Assembly (NCBI GenBank): GCA_026770705.1
Contig: JANJGN010000013.1
Coordinates: 129,580,001 to 129,644,000 of the forward strand
DNA from: Isurus oxyrinchus
Taxonomy: Eukaryota
DNA length: 64,000 nucleotides
Direction of reading: 5' to 3'
Of this stretch, positions 1-12,429 are shown in pieces; positions within the stretch are counted from its first letter, which is position 1, and each line of letters opens with the position of its first letter. Under the pieces are notes generated by a model. The model worked only from the letters and a program-made list of their open reading frames with translations. It searched no databases and had not been told where the DNA came from. Both the position numbers and the translations under genes were made by a program.

Positions 1-430
1 AGGGTGAGATCAAATATGCTTTTTCCTCTTGTTGGTGCCCTCACCACCTGTTGCAGACCCAGTCTAGCAGCTATGTCTTTTAGCACTTGACCAGTTCAGT
101 TTGTAGTGGTGCTACCAAGCATTCTTGGTGACACCCAGAGTACATTCTGTGCCCTTGCCACCCTCATCAGCTCAGAGGAAACGGTATGTAGTAATCAGCA
201 GAAGGTTTCCTTGCCCAAGTTTGATCTGATGCCATAAGACCTCATGGGGTCCAGAGTCGATGTTGAGGACTCTCAGGGCAACTCCCTCCCGACTGTACAC
301 CTCAGCTGGCAACGGTAAGGTATGATTTCATGAGCATTGCTGTTGCTTGACTAGTCAGTGAGACAGCTCTCCCAATTTTGGCACAAACCCCCAGATGTTA
401 GTGAGGACTTTGAGGGGTCGACAGGTTGTC
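1..430 (-). mobile_element. Degenerate CR1/L2-group LINE fragment (endonuclease region)
   Basis: Minus-strand sequence resembles the APE region of a non-LTR ORF2; no intact frame. Confidence 0.5.
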
Positions 431-479
431 GTTTTCGTTACCTGGGTCAATGCCGGGTGGTCCGTCTGGTTCAATTCCT

Positions 480-793
480 TTTTGACTGCATGATACAATT
501 GAGTGGCTTGCTAGGCCATTTAAGAGTCAACCTTATGTCAGCCAGACCAGGTAAGGACAACAGATTTCCTTCCCTAAAGGGGATTAGTGAACTAGATGGG
601 TTTTTATGACAATCAACAATGGGTTTAGGTCATCACTGAACTTTTAATTCCAGATTTTTATTGAATTCAAATTCCACATCCGCTGTGCTGGAATTTGATC
701 CCGGGTCCCCAGGGCATTACCCTGCCTCTCTGGATTACTAGTCCAGTGACAATACCACTACACCACCAGCTCCCTAATGAGCAATGAAGAGCT
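480..793 (-). mobile_element. tRNA-derived SINE, same family as 8332, 35835 and 52564
   Basis: Reverse complement of gtggtattgtcactggactagtaatccagag...ggatcaaattcc (A/B-box-like head) plus the shared body ttcactaat...ggaaatctg...cttacctggtctggc. Confidence 0.75.
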
Positions 794-1286
794 GCTAGTT
801 TCTAACTGGGCAGGTGGGACTTAAGCCCCTGGGATCCTTGACCCCAGAGAATACCCGTTGCCTAGTTGAAACTTAATTTGGCAGGCCTTCCTGAAAAGAA
901 GTGATGTGGGGCATTTGCCGGCTCTTTAGCTGGTGGGCAAGACCTGCCCTTCTCTTCCATCAAATACCACTCTAAAGCTCCAAATTCCAGCCCATCACTG
1001 ATAGAATTGCTGAGTTTACATCCTACCAAACTACTGGAATGTTGGATACAAATTTCACTTGAAGTACACCATAACAGTGCTTGGCTAATCTTTTACAATG
1101 TGTATTATAAATACAAGCCAAACATTTCAGATCACCAAGTTTGGTTTTGATCTGTGCCTGGACAGCTAAGGAATCAAAGTGAACAAAACTGAATCAGTTC
1201 ACATCTTGGTGACTAAAATTGGTTAACTTATCTGCTGAAAAGACGGTTATAGGTGTGCTATGTAAAACACGTGTCTTGCTTCTTAC

Positions 1287-1438
1287 CAAGTGGCTTCTTT
1301 CTGCTGATAGTCTAGCCTGTATTCTAGAAGAGTAGTTCCTAGTAGAGGAGTCCACAAATTCAACAGGTAATCCATTGGATGATGAAATTTTACTCCAGCT
1401 TGACTGGTTAATTTCTGTCGGTGTGTTCTTTGGCAAAT
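1287..1438 (-). CDS. LRGUK: LRGUK internal exon after the GK domain: DLPKNTPTEINQSSWSKISSSNGLPVEFVDSSTRNYSSRIQARLSAERSHL
   Basis: gtttgtatag acceptor, gtaaga donor at 1286; 152 nt, phase 1 to 0. Similar to recalled 'SSNMGDFLHSTDRNYLIKFWAKLSAKK'. The gene continues beyond the left edge of the window. Confidence 0.82.
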
Positions 1439-1747
1439 CTATACAAACAGCAAATGTTGGATTTCAAAAACAAAAAAGTCATTCAAGACAAGATAGCCTC
1501 AGTTTTGCCAACTTGTCAACTTAAATTGGAGCAAGTCTTGATTGTCCATGACCTTTTGGGAAGCAGTCAAATGGCTCAGTGGTCATGCAATTGAATGTGG
1601 TGGTGAATAGATAGAGTTGGTTGTCTTCATTTTCAACATGCATATAGAAACTGAGTCTGGATCTATGGATGTTGTCACTCGGATCAATATGCTGACAGTG
1701 TATGGCTGTGTAGTGATTAAGCTATGAACTAACAACACATAGATTAT

Positions 1748-2553
1748 GGCCTGAATTTTCACTGAGATGGAAGAGCTCTGTGCCTTAGCCAAAATGGCAC
1801 CGAAGACCTATTTCCTGAGGTCCTGTCCCTGAACCCACCACCCATCATTTTGGCGGGGTGGGGGGGAGGTGACTGGGGCATGGGGAACGGGGACAGGACA
1901 AATTTCATAAATCCACTGTCCACAGAGGCAGCAGCACATTTAAATTGCAACTGCATTCAATCAGCAGCATTTTTGTCACCCAGGTTTCTGAAACACGACT
2001 CGTGGGCATTACAAATTTGAGGAAAAGGTCTAAACCTACCAGAGTTCTTTGATGAGATCAGGCACCCTATTAGAGTTGGCGTTGGCATGTAAGGGAAAAG
2101 GGTGGTGGGTGAGGGTTGCATGGGTTGGCATGAGTTGGCATTAAGTTGGCATGGAGGTTATGAGGGGCCATAGGGTGGGTAGAGGGCTTAGGTTGGCTTG
2201 GAGGGTATGGGGGTCATGGGGGATGGGTGGAAGCATGAGGTGGCATGGATGGAGCATGGGGAATTTGTGCAGGTGTGAGGCATGAGGGCTAGAGGGCCCT
2301 ACTGTCTTTATTATAACTGGGCCAAAGTCCCAGAGAACCAAGGAAGGCCTTTTAAAAAGGCCGCCTCAACACTCGGTAGCCCCTGAGGCTACCACCAAAC
2401 TGTTACTGACTGTGGCGGGCCTGACCACAATTAGCCCCCCGCCAGCCAGGAGTAAAAATCTGACCTTACAGGGAAGTTTCACCCGAGTTGGCTTTGGGGA
2501 GTCGGGAATTTTCCTGACTCTGCACAACCAACCCAGAAAAGAAAATTCAGTCC
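1748..2553. mobile_element. Non-autonomous PIF/Harbinger MITE
   Basis: 13-bp TIR ggcctgaattttc / gaaaattcagtcc (1 mismatch); 3-bp TSD TAT on both sides; internal (gggttggcatg)-like repeats. Confidence 0.8.
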
Positions 2554-3593
2554 TATGAATTCAATTCCCAACAGTTGTAAAGGTGAATTTAAACATATTC
2601 TACCTGTGGGTCAACAGAAAAGAAAAAAAATGACCATAATGATGGCTGTTTTCAAGGTGACACCACAAAATGCCCTGCTCCCACAAGATCAGGCCCTAAG
2701 TACTAGAATCCACAAAGTATCGATGGCCTGAAAATAAACGATGATGAAAGTGTACAGCCTGATGTGGTGACTCATTTTCCTTCAGGCACTGATTGACTTG
2801 GCTCTGCAGCATTTTGCATTTTTATTTCACATTTCCTTCATGCATGGTTTTTTTTCATCTTTGGTATTACTAGCTAATGTTTTCTTCCCTTCGCTGCATA
2901 CGTTTATTATGATAGAAATACAAAATGATTAAAATGAGACCAATGAGAAGAAATCTTTTACCCCACCAGACAGCGATGGTTTACGAAATAGTATGCCAGC
3001 AATACAAGCTATGATAAGTAAACCTTTCAAATAAGAGCTGGGTAAGTACCTAGTTATGGCTGGGACTTAAGGCCCCTGGGATGAGTACAGCTGAGTCAAG
3101 TAAGTACTGAAGGGAACATGATGATTTCTCTGCTATTGGAGCAAAGGACATGACATCAATTTGAATTGAATAGTAGAGGCCCAGGGAAAGATAAATTGTT
3201 TTAAAGATTTACTTAATTATCTTTGCGAGTTGAGGAGAAAAGCTACAAAAACTTTCTTTCCCTCATGAGATTAGAATAATTAATCACGTCAGAGGGACAA
3301 GAACAAAACTTCATTGAGGCAAAAAGCGCCCATGTAGCATCACATGACAGGAAGGAGCATCACTGCAGCCTACAGTGTCTTGTATATATTTTAGCTTTCA
3401 GTGTTATACAATGGTTGACTGTATCATTTATGTTATGCAAGAGTTATCTTTAAACCGAATGTTAGACTTCTGTTGGTGCAAGCATAAACAGCACTGGGAT
3501 TCAGAACTGCGACTACAGAAGTACAAGGTCAGCAATTCATCACTGCAAAACGCAGCTATTTATCAGCATTCTGACATTCCAGCACACACTCAC

Positions 3594-3713
3594 CAGACGC
3601 CTGCCATTTGTCCCCTTTCATGGCTCTGTCACTGTCATTGCTTGTTTGATTACTGAGGCTCAGGTACTCCCTGAGCAGCTGGCTCAGCTGCAAGTATGCC
3701 TGCATCAGATCGT
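3594..3713 (-). CDS. LRGUK: LRGUK internal exon, end of GK domain: DDLMQAYLQLSQLLREYLSLSNQTSNDSDRAMKGDKWQAS
   Basis: tttttgtatgcag acceptor, gtgagt donor; 120 nt, phase 1 to 1. Matches recalled 'DDLDVAYQKLSQLIREYLGL'. Confidence 0.9.
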
Positions 3714-5143
3714 CTGCATACAAAAACAGCAAAAAAATAAGTATAGATACTGTTACTTTAACTCTTTGAGGTCTCCAGCAGAATTTAAGTACATAAAATT
3801 TGTAGCGAGTGATAGCACTTAGCTGTTTAGCAAGTCATATTCCTCACTTGTGTGTGTATTTTTTCATTTTATCTTTAAGAGCAACACTATGATGTGAAAC
3901 GAAACACCTCAATAACTATGCCAGTTCAGGACCCGTAGATAATTTGGATTAACATCATTGAGCTATGATGAGAGGCTCAAGGGCCAAGAAAAAAAACACA
4001 GGGACAGGTGCATGATGTTTTTTCTCAAATAATGGAGAAAAATCATTCCTGTGGAGATGAAGATGTATTTATAGAAGAATCAGAAGACATGATTATTGGC
4101 TAAAGAAGCCATGAACTGAACTCAGTTTGAGGAATAACCAACTCATACTTAGAATTGGGACAGTCTGCCACTCAGTGCAATGGATGCTGGCTCAGTTTAA
4201 GCAAAAAGGCCCAATTTGGGATAGAAAAAAAGATTTTAAATGATCAGGTGGAGTTTGAGACAAGATAAGAAATCAAGGTGAAGGAACTTTTCTCATCTGA
4301 CATCAAAACTCTGACGTATTGCATTCCATGAATGGTCTTCCATGGGTCCGAGCAGCATTAGAGTCAAATCATTACCAAAGAATTCATAATCTAAATCTAA
4401 ACTTGTTGCTATAACCTACATCCCTTTTCACAAGCAAGTACTTAACAAACATCAAAAGTTAGAAGACTGCATTTAACAAGCTTGTTCCATTACATAGCAG
4501 CCATTACATATACAGTGAGGGAAAAAAAATCTAATATTCTGTCTTGCTTGATGTTCTCCAGTTTCATACGTACATCTCCTCCACACATAGCCTTGGGAGT
4601 AAAATGACTATTTTGCCTTCCTATTCTCAGAAGGAGACAATCATCCAGGTACTAATTATAGGCACGGGTCTGGTAAAAGGGTATTCATTCACCCTCTCAT
4701 TCTGAAAATAATTCATAGGTGATATCTACAACAAAAAAACTATAAAATTAAAAAGCAATCCGGTGACACCTCCATAATGCTACATTCACGATTTAAGACT
4801 CCTTGGTATGAGAAAATCAGAAAATGGTGGCCCACTTTAGAATTGCACAAGCAGAGGGCTAGAAAAGATCTCTTAGCCAAAGGGAGACCCTATGGGGGAA
4901 AAGGGAAGGAAACAACTGAATAGAAGAAATATACTCTGAAAAAATGAAAAGTAGATAACTAATAGTACAGCTTAACTCTTAACACTCTTGCATTTCAGTA
5001 CTGGCTCATATGTTGAAGTGATAGTAGTGAGACAAATCCAACAGGTAAAGTGGCATACAGGGCTTTGAAAGAACTACTCTGAAGCGAATACTCTTTGTAA
5101 TTGTCTCTCTTCAATAATCAGGTAACAAAAGCAAGTTTCTTAC

Positions 5144-5345
5144 CACTGTTAATAACAGCATCAAAGTATCCTGGGTAGTCCTGGTTTATTCTGATATAGT
5201 TCTCAATTCTGGATAAGGCAAAATCAATGTGTGATTTGCTGTACAGCCCTCTCAGCTGCAATCTTTTCTCGTGCTCTTCTCTTTTCATCGGGATCAGCAA
5301 AATGTATCGAGGCTCTAAGTACGTCTTCTTCAGGCTATGTACTCC
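5144..5345 (-). CDS. LRGUK: LRGUK internal exon: GVHSLKKTYLEPRYILLIPMKREEHEKRLQLRGLYSKSHIDFALSRIENYIRINQDYPGYFDAVINS
   Basis: aatag acceptor, gtaaga donor; 202 nt, phase 0 to 1. Matches recalled LRGUK 'GVRSLKYSYFEPRYILVVPM...NFPGYFDEVIN'. Confidence 0.93.
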
Positions 5346-5419
5346 CTATTCAATGGTGGAATTAGAAACAAATCACAATTCTATTCCTTCCCATTCTATA
5401 CAGCACTCAGCTCTCTTCT

Positions 5420-5865
5420 TCTGAGGAAAGGTTGAGAAGATTGGGCCATATCAATCGGAATTTAGAAGAATGAGAGGTGATCTTATTGAAACATATGGGA
5501 TTCTGAGAGGATTTGACAGGGTGGTTGCTGAGAGGAGGCTTCCCCTTGTGGGGAGTTTAGAACTAGGGGACACAGTTCAAAAATGAGGGGTCTCTCATTT
5601 AAGAGTGAAGTGAGGAGAATTTTTTTTCTCTCGGAGGATCGTTAATATGTGGAATTTTCTTCCCAGAGAGCAGTAGAGGCTGGGTCATTGAATATATTTA
5701 AAGCTGAGTTAGATTTTTGATCAACAAGGGAGTCAAGGGTTATAGCGGTACAGACAGGAAAGCCAAGTTGTGATCATAATCAAATCAGCCATGATCTTAT
5801 CGAATGGCAGAGCAAGTTCAAGAGACCAAATGCTCTACTTCTGCTCCTAATTCTTGTGTTCTCTT
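5420..5865 (+). mobile_element. CR1 LINE 3' end fragment
   Basis: Decayed 'RRMRGDLIETY...RRNFFSQRVV' region and CR1 3' UTR (ccatgatcttatcgaatggcagagc...tgctcctaattctt). Confidence 0.85.
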
Positions 5866-5999
5866 GTGGAAAGATTTATTTTTTTAAAAAGTGGAAGATG
5901 AGTTAAATTAAGACAGCTATGTATAGTGAAGAGCCAAGGCTCATGGTGTGCAACAGCAAGTAAAGAGATGTGATGGAAGAGGAAATACTGATTAGATGC

Positions 6000-7345
6000 T
6001 ACCAATCTTGGATTTAAGGAGGTATAATTAAGGAGGTTATCGCAGGATACTTAGATAATCACGATTTGATCAGGCAGAGCCAACATGGTTTTGTGAAAGG
6101 GAAATCATGTTTATCTAATCTGTTAGAGCTTTTTGAAGAAGGAACATTTAAGGTGGATAAAGTGGAATCATTGGATGTGGTGTACTTGGACATCCAAAAG
6201 GCATTTGATAAGGTACTATATCGAAGGTTACTACACAAGATAAGAGCACACGGTGTAGGGGGTAACATATTAGCATGGATTAAGGATTGGTTGGCTAACA
6301 GAAAGCAGAGAGTAGGGATAAATGGCTCTTTTTAATTAGCAAGCTACAACTAGTGGAGTGCCACAGGGATCAGTGCTGGGTCCTCAACCATTTACAATCT
6401 ATATCAATGACTTGGATGAAGAGAACGAATGTATGGTAGCCAAATTTGCCGACGGTACCCAGATAGGTAGGAAAATAAGTTGTCAAGGGGAGGTACAGAG
6501 TCTGCAAAAGGATATAGACAGGTTAAGTGAGTGGGCAAAAATTTGGCAGATGGAGTATAATGTGAACATGTTCACTTTGGTGGCAATAAGAATAGAAAAG
6601 CAATATACTATTTAAATGGAGAAAGATTGCAGAACTCAGAAGGATCGGGGTGTCCTGGTGCATAAATCACAAAGTAAGTATGCGGGTACCGCAAGTGATT
6701 AGGAAGGCAAATGTAATGTTGGTATTTATGGCCAGAGGAATGGAATATAAAAGTAGGGAAGTTTTACTACAGCTGTGCAGGGCCTTAGTGAGACCACATC
6801 TGGAGTACTGTGTGCAGTTTTGATCTCTTCATTTTAAAAAAAGATATAATTGCTATAGGAGCAGTTCAGAGAAGGTTTACCAGATTCATTCCTGGGATGA
6901 AGGGGTTGTCTTATGAAGAAAATTTGAACAGTTTAGGGCCTATACCCATTGGAGTTTTGAAGAATGAGAGGTGACCTTATTGAAACATAAAAGATCCTGA
7001 GGGCACTTGACAGGGTGGATACCTGGAGGATGTTTCCTCTTGTGGGGGAGACTAAAACTAGGGGACATTGTTTAAAAATAAGAGGTGTCCTTTTTAAGAC
7101 AGAGATGAGGAGAAGGTTTTCCTCCCAAAGGGACGTTGGTGTGTGGAGTTCTTTTCTCCAGTGGAGGCTGGGATTTTGAATTTATTTATGGCAGAGTTAG
7201 ACAAATTTTTGTTAAGCAAGAGAGTCAAGGGTTATGGGGGGGGGGGGGGCAAACAGGAAAGTGGAGCTGAGACCACAACCAGATCAACCATGATCTTATT
7301 GAATGGTGCAGCAGGCTCGATGGGCCATGTTCCTATGTTCCTAAA
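6000..7345 (+). mobile_element. 5'-truncated CR1 LINE, RT domain with frameshifts
   Basis: [31 protein letters not shown] and AKFAD motifs, followed by the CR1 3' UTR. Confidence 0.92.
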
Positions 7346-7417
7346 ATCCTGTTGACTGTAGGGGGAAGGAAATGAAAGGAGTATCATATTGTTGAGATTT
7401 TGGTTGAGAAAAAAAAT

Positions 7418-7850
7418 AGCTTGTATTTATATGGCATCCTATCACATCTTCAGTACAATCCAATGCGCTGTACAACCTATTACTTCTGAAGTGCAGTTAC
7501 TGTTGTTATGTTGGCAAACAGCAGCCATTTTGTGCACAGTAGGGTCCCACATGCATTGAGTGACCAATTCATCTGTTTTTGGTCTGTTTGATAAGGGAAG
7601 AATGCTGGCCAGGGCATGAGGAGAACTGCTTGTTCCTTTTCAAATAATGTTGTGGGATCTTTCACATCCACCTGAACAGGTTTGGTTGAACATCTCACCC
7701 AAAAGATGGTACCTCCCACATTCCTGTCCACCATCAGTCCTGCATTAAAATGTTAGTCTAAATTATATACTCAGCCTCTTTGTGAGGATTTCAATTCATA
7801 AGATTCAAATTGAAAGATCAGGGTACTACTAACCCCTGAGCCAAGTTGGT
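7418..7850 (-). mobile_element. Deu-domain tRNA-derived SINE (SacSINE1/AmnSINE-like)
   Basis: gggatctttcacatccacctga...catctcacccaaaagatggtac resembles the Deu core. Related copies at 50230-50562 and 38200-38385. Confidence 0.6.
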
Positions 7851-7919
7851 TGAATGTGGGTGCCGCATTTTGGAGCTTAGAAGAAATACTTATTTAGAAG
7901 AAATAAATTTTTTAGAAGG

Positions 7920-9475
7920 AAAACACATTTGAAGTAGAAATTGGTAATACACAGTCTGGATTTAGACTTCGAGTAGAAACAAGAGGGAATACTTAACCTA
8001 AAAACAATCTTTGATGAATATCTAGAAGTAAACAAGAAAAGTTACATATGTTTCATAAATTATGAAAATGTGCTTGATCATATCTATTGCCAAAAGTTAA
8101 TGGATGTGTTGTTGAAATGTGAAATTGATAGGAAAGATATGAGATTTATCCAGAATCAATGCTGAGACTAAATAGCAAGCATCAGACTAGAAGAGGGACA
8201 ATCTAGTATGTTTCAAATGAAGAGAAGAGTGCTACAAGGCCATGTACTGTCGCCAAAACTTCAATCTGTACACAGAACAAATATTTAGAGAATTAGATGT
8301 ACTTCCGGGATAAACATTGAAGACAAGAACACTAGGCACTGAACTAGTATCCCAGAGACCTAGGATGATACTCTGGGGACCTGGGTTCAAATCCCACCAC
8401 AACAGATGGTGAAATTTGAATTCAATAAAAATCTGGAATTACAAGTCTGATGACCACCACAAAACCATTGCCAATTGTTGTAAAAACCCATCTAGTTCAC
8501 TAATGTCCTTTAAGGAAGGAAATTTGCCATCTTACCTGGTCTGGCCTACATGTGACTTCAGGCCCACAGCAATGTGGTTAACTCTTAAATACCCTCTGAT
8601 CAAGGGCAATTAGGGATGGCCAATAAATGCTGGCCTAGCCAGTGACGCCCACATCCCCTGAACAAATAAACGAACAAACTTGTGGGTATGCTGAGGACAT
8701 AGAGCTACTTGCAGAATCAGAAGAGGCCTGACAAAATATCGTAGATCTAGTAAAATCTAGACGTTTAGAACATGGATTGAGTATGAATGCCAAAAAGATA
8801 AAAACAAGAGTAGTTAGAAGGAATTCGTTAGAAGAAACTAGAGTGAAGATTGAAATGGATGGTGTCAAACTGAAACAGGTAGATAAGTTTGTATATTTAG
8901 GACAATGATAACAGAAGGTGGCAGATGTGTTGCAGAAGTTAGAAGAAAATAGAGGTAGCCAGAAGTAATTTTGTGAAGATGGAGGATGTACTAACAACAA
9001 GAAATCTCAAGCTTGTAACAAGGAAAAATCTCATATGATGCTACATTCTATCTACTTCCTGTATTCCTCAGAAAGCTGGACAGTTAAGTAAAGACCTGTG
9101 GAAGAAAATAGAAGCCTATGAAATGTGAATGCTAAGGCATATGCTAATGATTCTATTTAGAGACAGTAAGGCAAATGAAGAGGTACTTGAAATAGCAAGA
9201 CCAAAAATAACTCTAAAAAGTGACATCCAGAAAAGATAATGTCAGTCTTTTGGCCATTTGACCAGAGCTGAAAAGCTACAGAGATCTCTTTTAGAGCAAA
9301 GTGGAGGGCAGTAGAAAGAGGGGTTGGCCTAGATGTAGTTGGATGAAGGATGTCACAGAGTGGTTGTAGATGAGCTACAGAGGATGTGTGAGGATGGTAC
9401 AAGAATGACAAGTGTGACATACCATGACAGCAGATCTCCTGGCAGGAGTAGTTACAAGTAGCAGCAGCAGAAGGA
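7920..9475 (+). mobile_element. Decayed RTE-clade LINE, interrupted by a SINE
   Basis: Fragments QSGFR...TREGILNL, QGHVLSPKL, YAED (YADD), GLSMNAKKIKT and FVYLG; ends in a (gca/gta)n microsatellite tail. Confidence 0.75.
8332..8675 (+). mobile_element. tRNA-derived SINE with a LINE-derived 3' tail
   Basis: B-box gggttcaaatccc. The tail aagggcaattagggatggccaataaatgctggcctagcc...cccacatccc matches the LINE 3' ends at 12110, 20470 and 44960. Confidence 0.85.
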
Positions 9476-9921
9476 ATAACAGAAAAACTTTCACAGCAGT
9501 ATTGGCTATCATAGAATTGCTAAAGAAAGTAAAATAAAAGGAAGGGAAAGGGATTTGAGGCTTGACATGAGACAGGATTCATCTATCAGATGCAAATTTT
9601 CATTTAGCTGATTTTCTCTGCTAATTTTGTTATTATTTGCTCTTCTATCCCTTTCCCCTCCTAAAAGCTTTGACTTCTTCCTGGCAGACAGCTTTCTGGT
9701 ACTTTCTCCAAGTGTCATTCAGATATGAGGCATTATAGTGAGGGTCACCAATTTATACAATGGTGGGAAAATCACAATCAAGCCAGCTGAATGTCTTTTC
9801 CTGAGTCAATGAACACTCTCCAGCATGGGTCCTGGGATAACAATCAGAAGCGGAACGCAAGTCGATTTCTATCACAATGCAGGGATACTGAGATCAACTC
9901 TACCACTGTGCTGCTGTCCAC

Positions 9922-10775
9922 TTAGAGACAGTAAGGCAAATGAAAAGGTACTTGAAATAGCAAGAGCAAAATGAGCTCTAAAAAGTGACATCCTGAAAAG
10001 AAAATGTCAGTCTTTTGGCCATTTAACCAGAGCTGAAAAGCTACAGAGATCTCTTTTAGAGCAAGAAGAAACTAGAGTGAAGATTGAAATCGATGGTGTC
10101 AAACTGAAACAGGTAGATAAGTATATTTAGGACAATGGTAACAGAAGGTGGCAGATGTGTTGCAGAAGTTAGAAGAAAGATAGAGATAGCCAGAAGTAAT
10201 TTTGTGAAGATGGAGGATGTACTAACAACAAGAAATCTCAAGCTTGTAACAAGGAAAAATCTCATATGATGCTACATTCTACCTACTTCCTGTATTCCTC
10301 AGAAAGCTGGACAGTTAAGTAAAGACCTGTGGAAGAAAATAGAAGCCTATGAAATGTGAATTCTAAGGCATATGCTAAAGATTCCATTTAGAGACAGTAG
10401 ACAAATGAATAGGTACTTGAAATAGCAAAACCAAAAATAACTCTAAAAAGTGACATCCAGAAAAGATAACGTCAGTCTTTTGGCCATTTGACCACAGCTG
10501 AAAAGCTACAGAGATCTCTTTTAGAGCAAAGTGGAGGGCAGTAGAAAAAAGGGTCGGCCTGGACGTAGTTGGATGAAGGATGTCACAGAGTGGTTGTAGA
10601 TGAGCTACAGCGAATGTGTGAGGATGGTGCAAGACAGACAAGTGTGACATACCATGACAGCAGATCTCCTGGCAGGAGTAGCTACAAGCAGCAGCAGCAG
10701 CAGAAGAAATAACAAAAAAACTTTCACAGCAGTATTGGCCATAGTAGAATTGCTTAAGAAAGAAAAATAAAAGGA
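9922..10775 (+). repeat. Local tandem duplication of the RTE 3' part plus flanking DNA
   Basis: 10064-10775 is a close copy of 8830-9542, and 9922-10063 is a copy of 9157-9298. Confidence 0.9.
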
Positions 10776-10994
10776 TCACTTAATTCAGTGCAGACCCTAG
10801 GATCTTCCTGGTACATGTGGATCAGTCACACACTGAACAAGTACTCTAATCATTGGGGCGCGTTTTTATTTTAGAATTGATTTTCCGATGTTAGAAATGC
10901 TTCCGACAAACTGGTCATAATAAAACAGATCAAATTAATAATTCCTTCTAGCACAACAAGGTGTAGATTTCACAACAGTAGCAGGTAGCTAATA

Positions 10995-12060
10995 GAACCA
11001 TGGAGCCATAGAAAAGTTTCGGCACAGAAAAAGGCCATCAACCCATCATATCTGCGCCAGCCAAAAAAATAAAAATAAAAAACTAGCTGCCCATTCTAAT
11101 CCGACCCTCCATTATCCAGTCTGTAGCCTTGCAGGTTACAGCACTTCAGGTGCAGATCCAGAAGCCTTTTAAATGAGTTGAGGGTTTCTGCCTTCACCAC
11201 CAAACCAGGCAGTGAATTCCAAGCACCCACCAACCTCTGGATGAGGAAGTTTTTCCTCATGTCCCCTCTAATCCTTGTACCAATCATCTTAAATCTGTGC
11301 TCCCTGGTAATTGACCTCTCCACTAGGGGAAACAGAGCATCCCTGTGTACTCTATCTAGGCCCCTCATAACTTGTACACCGCAATCATGTCACCCCTCAG
11401 CATCCTCTGTTCTAAGGAAAACAACCCCAACTTATCTAATCTTTCCTCATAGCTACAATTTTTAGCCCTGGCAACATTCTCATAAATCTACACTGTATTC
11501 TCTCCAGCACAATTACATCCTTCCTGTAATGTGGCGTCCAGAACTGTACACAAAATTCCATCTATGGCCCAATCAGCGTTTTATACAGTTCCATCATTAC
11601 ATCCCTGCTTTTGTATTCCATACCTCGTCCATAGTATTCCATATGCTTTATTAACCACCTTATCAACCTGTCCTGCCATCTTCAGGGACCAGTGGACACC
11701 AAGGTCTCTCACTTCCTCTACCCCTCCCAGTATCCTCCCATTTATTGTATATCCCCTAACTGTATTTGCCCTTCCCAAATGCATTACCTCATACTTCTCT
11801 GGATTGAATTCCATCTGCCGCTTTTCTGCCCACTCAACCAGACCATTGATATCATTCTGGAGACAACAGCTATTCTTTTCACTATCAACTACACAGCCAA
11901 TTTTTGTGTCTGCAAATTTCCCAATCATGCTACCCACATTTAAGTCCAAATCATTAACATATACAACAAACAGCAAGGGACCCAACACTGAGCCCTGTGG
12001 AACACCACTGGAAACCATTTCTATTCACAAAAACATCCATCAACCTTTACCCTTTGTTAA
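10995..12060 (-). mobile_element. 5'-truncated CR1 LINE
   Basis: [14 protein letters not shown]...GKFAD (ORF 11581..12018) and MRGLDRV...RKNF (ORF 11096..11368). Confidence 0.9.
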
Positions 12061-12429
12061 TATACTATACATACACCATGTAGACTGCAGTGGTTCACCA
12101 CCTTCTCAAGGGCAATTAGGGATGGATAATAAATGATGGCCTAGCCAGCAAAACCCACATCCCTTGAATGAATAAAAAGAACTCTAGCCTTCATCCCAGA
12201 ATTTTAGCACTTTGGATTTTGATCTTTTGCCCTTTGCTATAAAAACTAGAACATCTAAGTAAATAGCACGAGAATGCTAGTCAATTTTGTTAGTTGCCAC
12301 ATTTGTATGTTGAAGCATTTAGTTACAAGAGAGTGGTTGAAAGCTGCAAACAGGAAAAACTTGATGTCTGATAGGTTGACGAATTGGTACCAGCCAAAAG
12401 ACATTGAGGCAGACTCCAGATTGGAAGGT

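Noticed and set aside
1194-1436. 80-aa ORF as a standalone gene or terminal exon
   Set aside because: Homology and a strong gtaaga donor at 1286 show it is an internal LRGUK exon with read-through into the intron.
11531-12136. 201-aa plus-strand ORF, and similar long ORFs such as 17252..17785 and 18462..18863
   Set aside because: Antisense or low-complexity frames within CR1 and Harbinger repeats.
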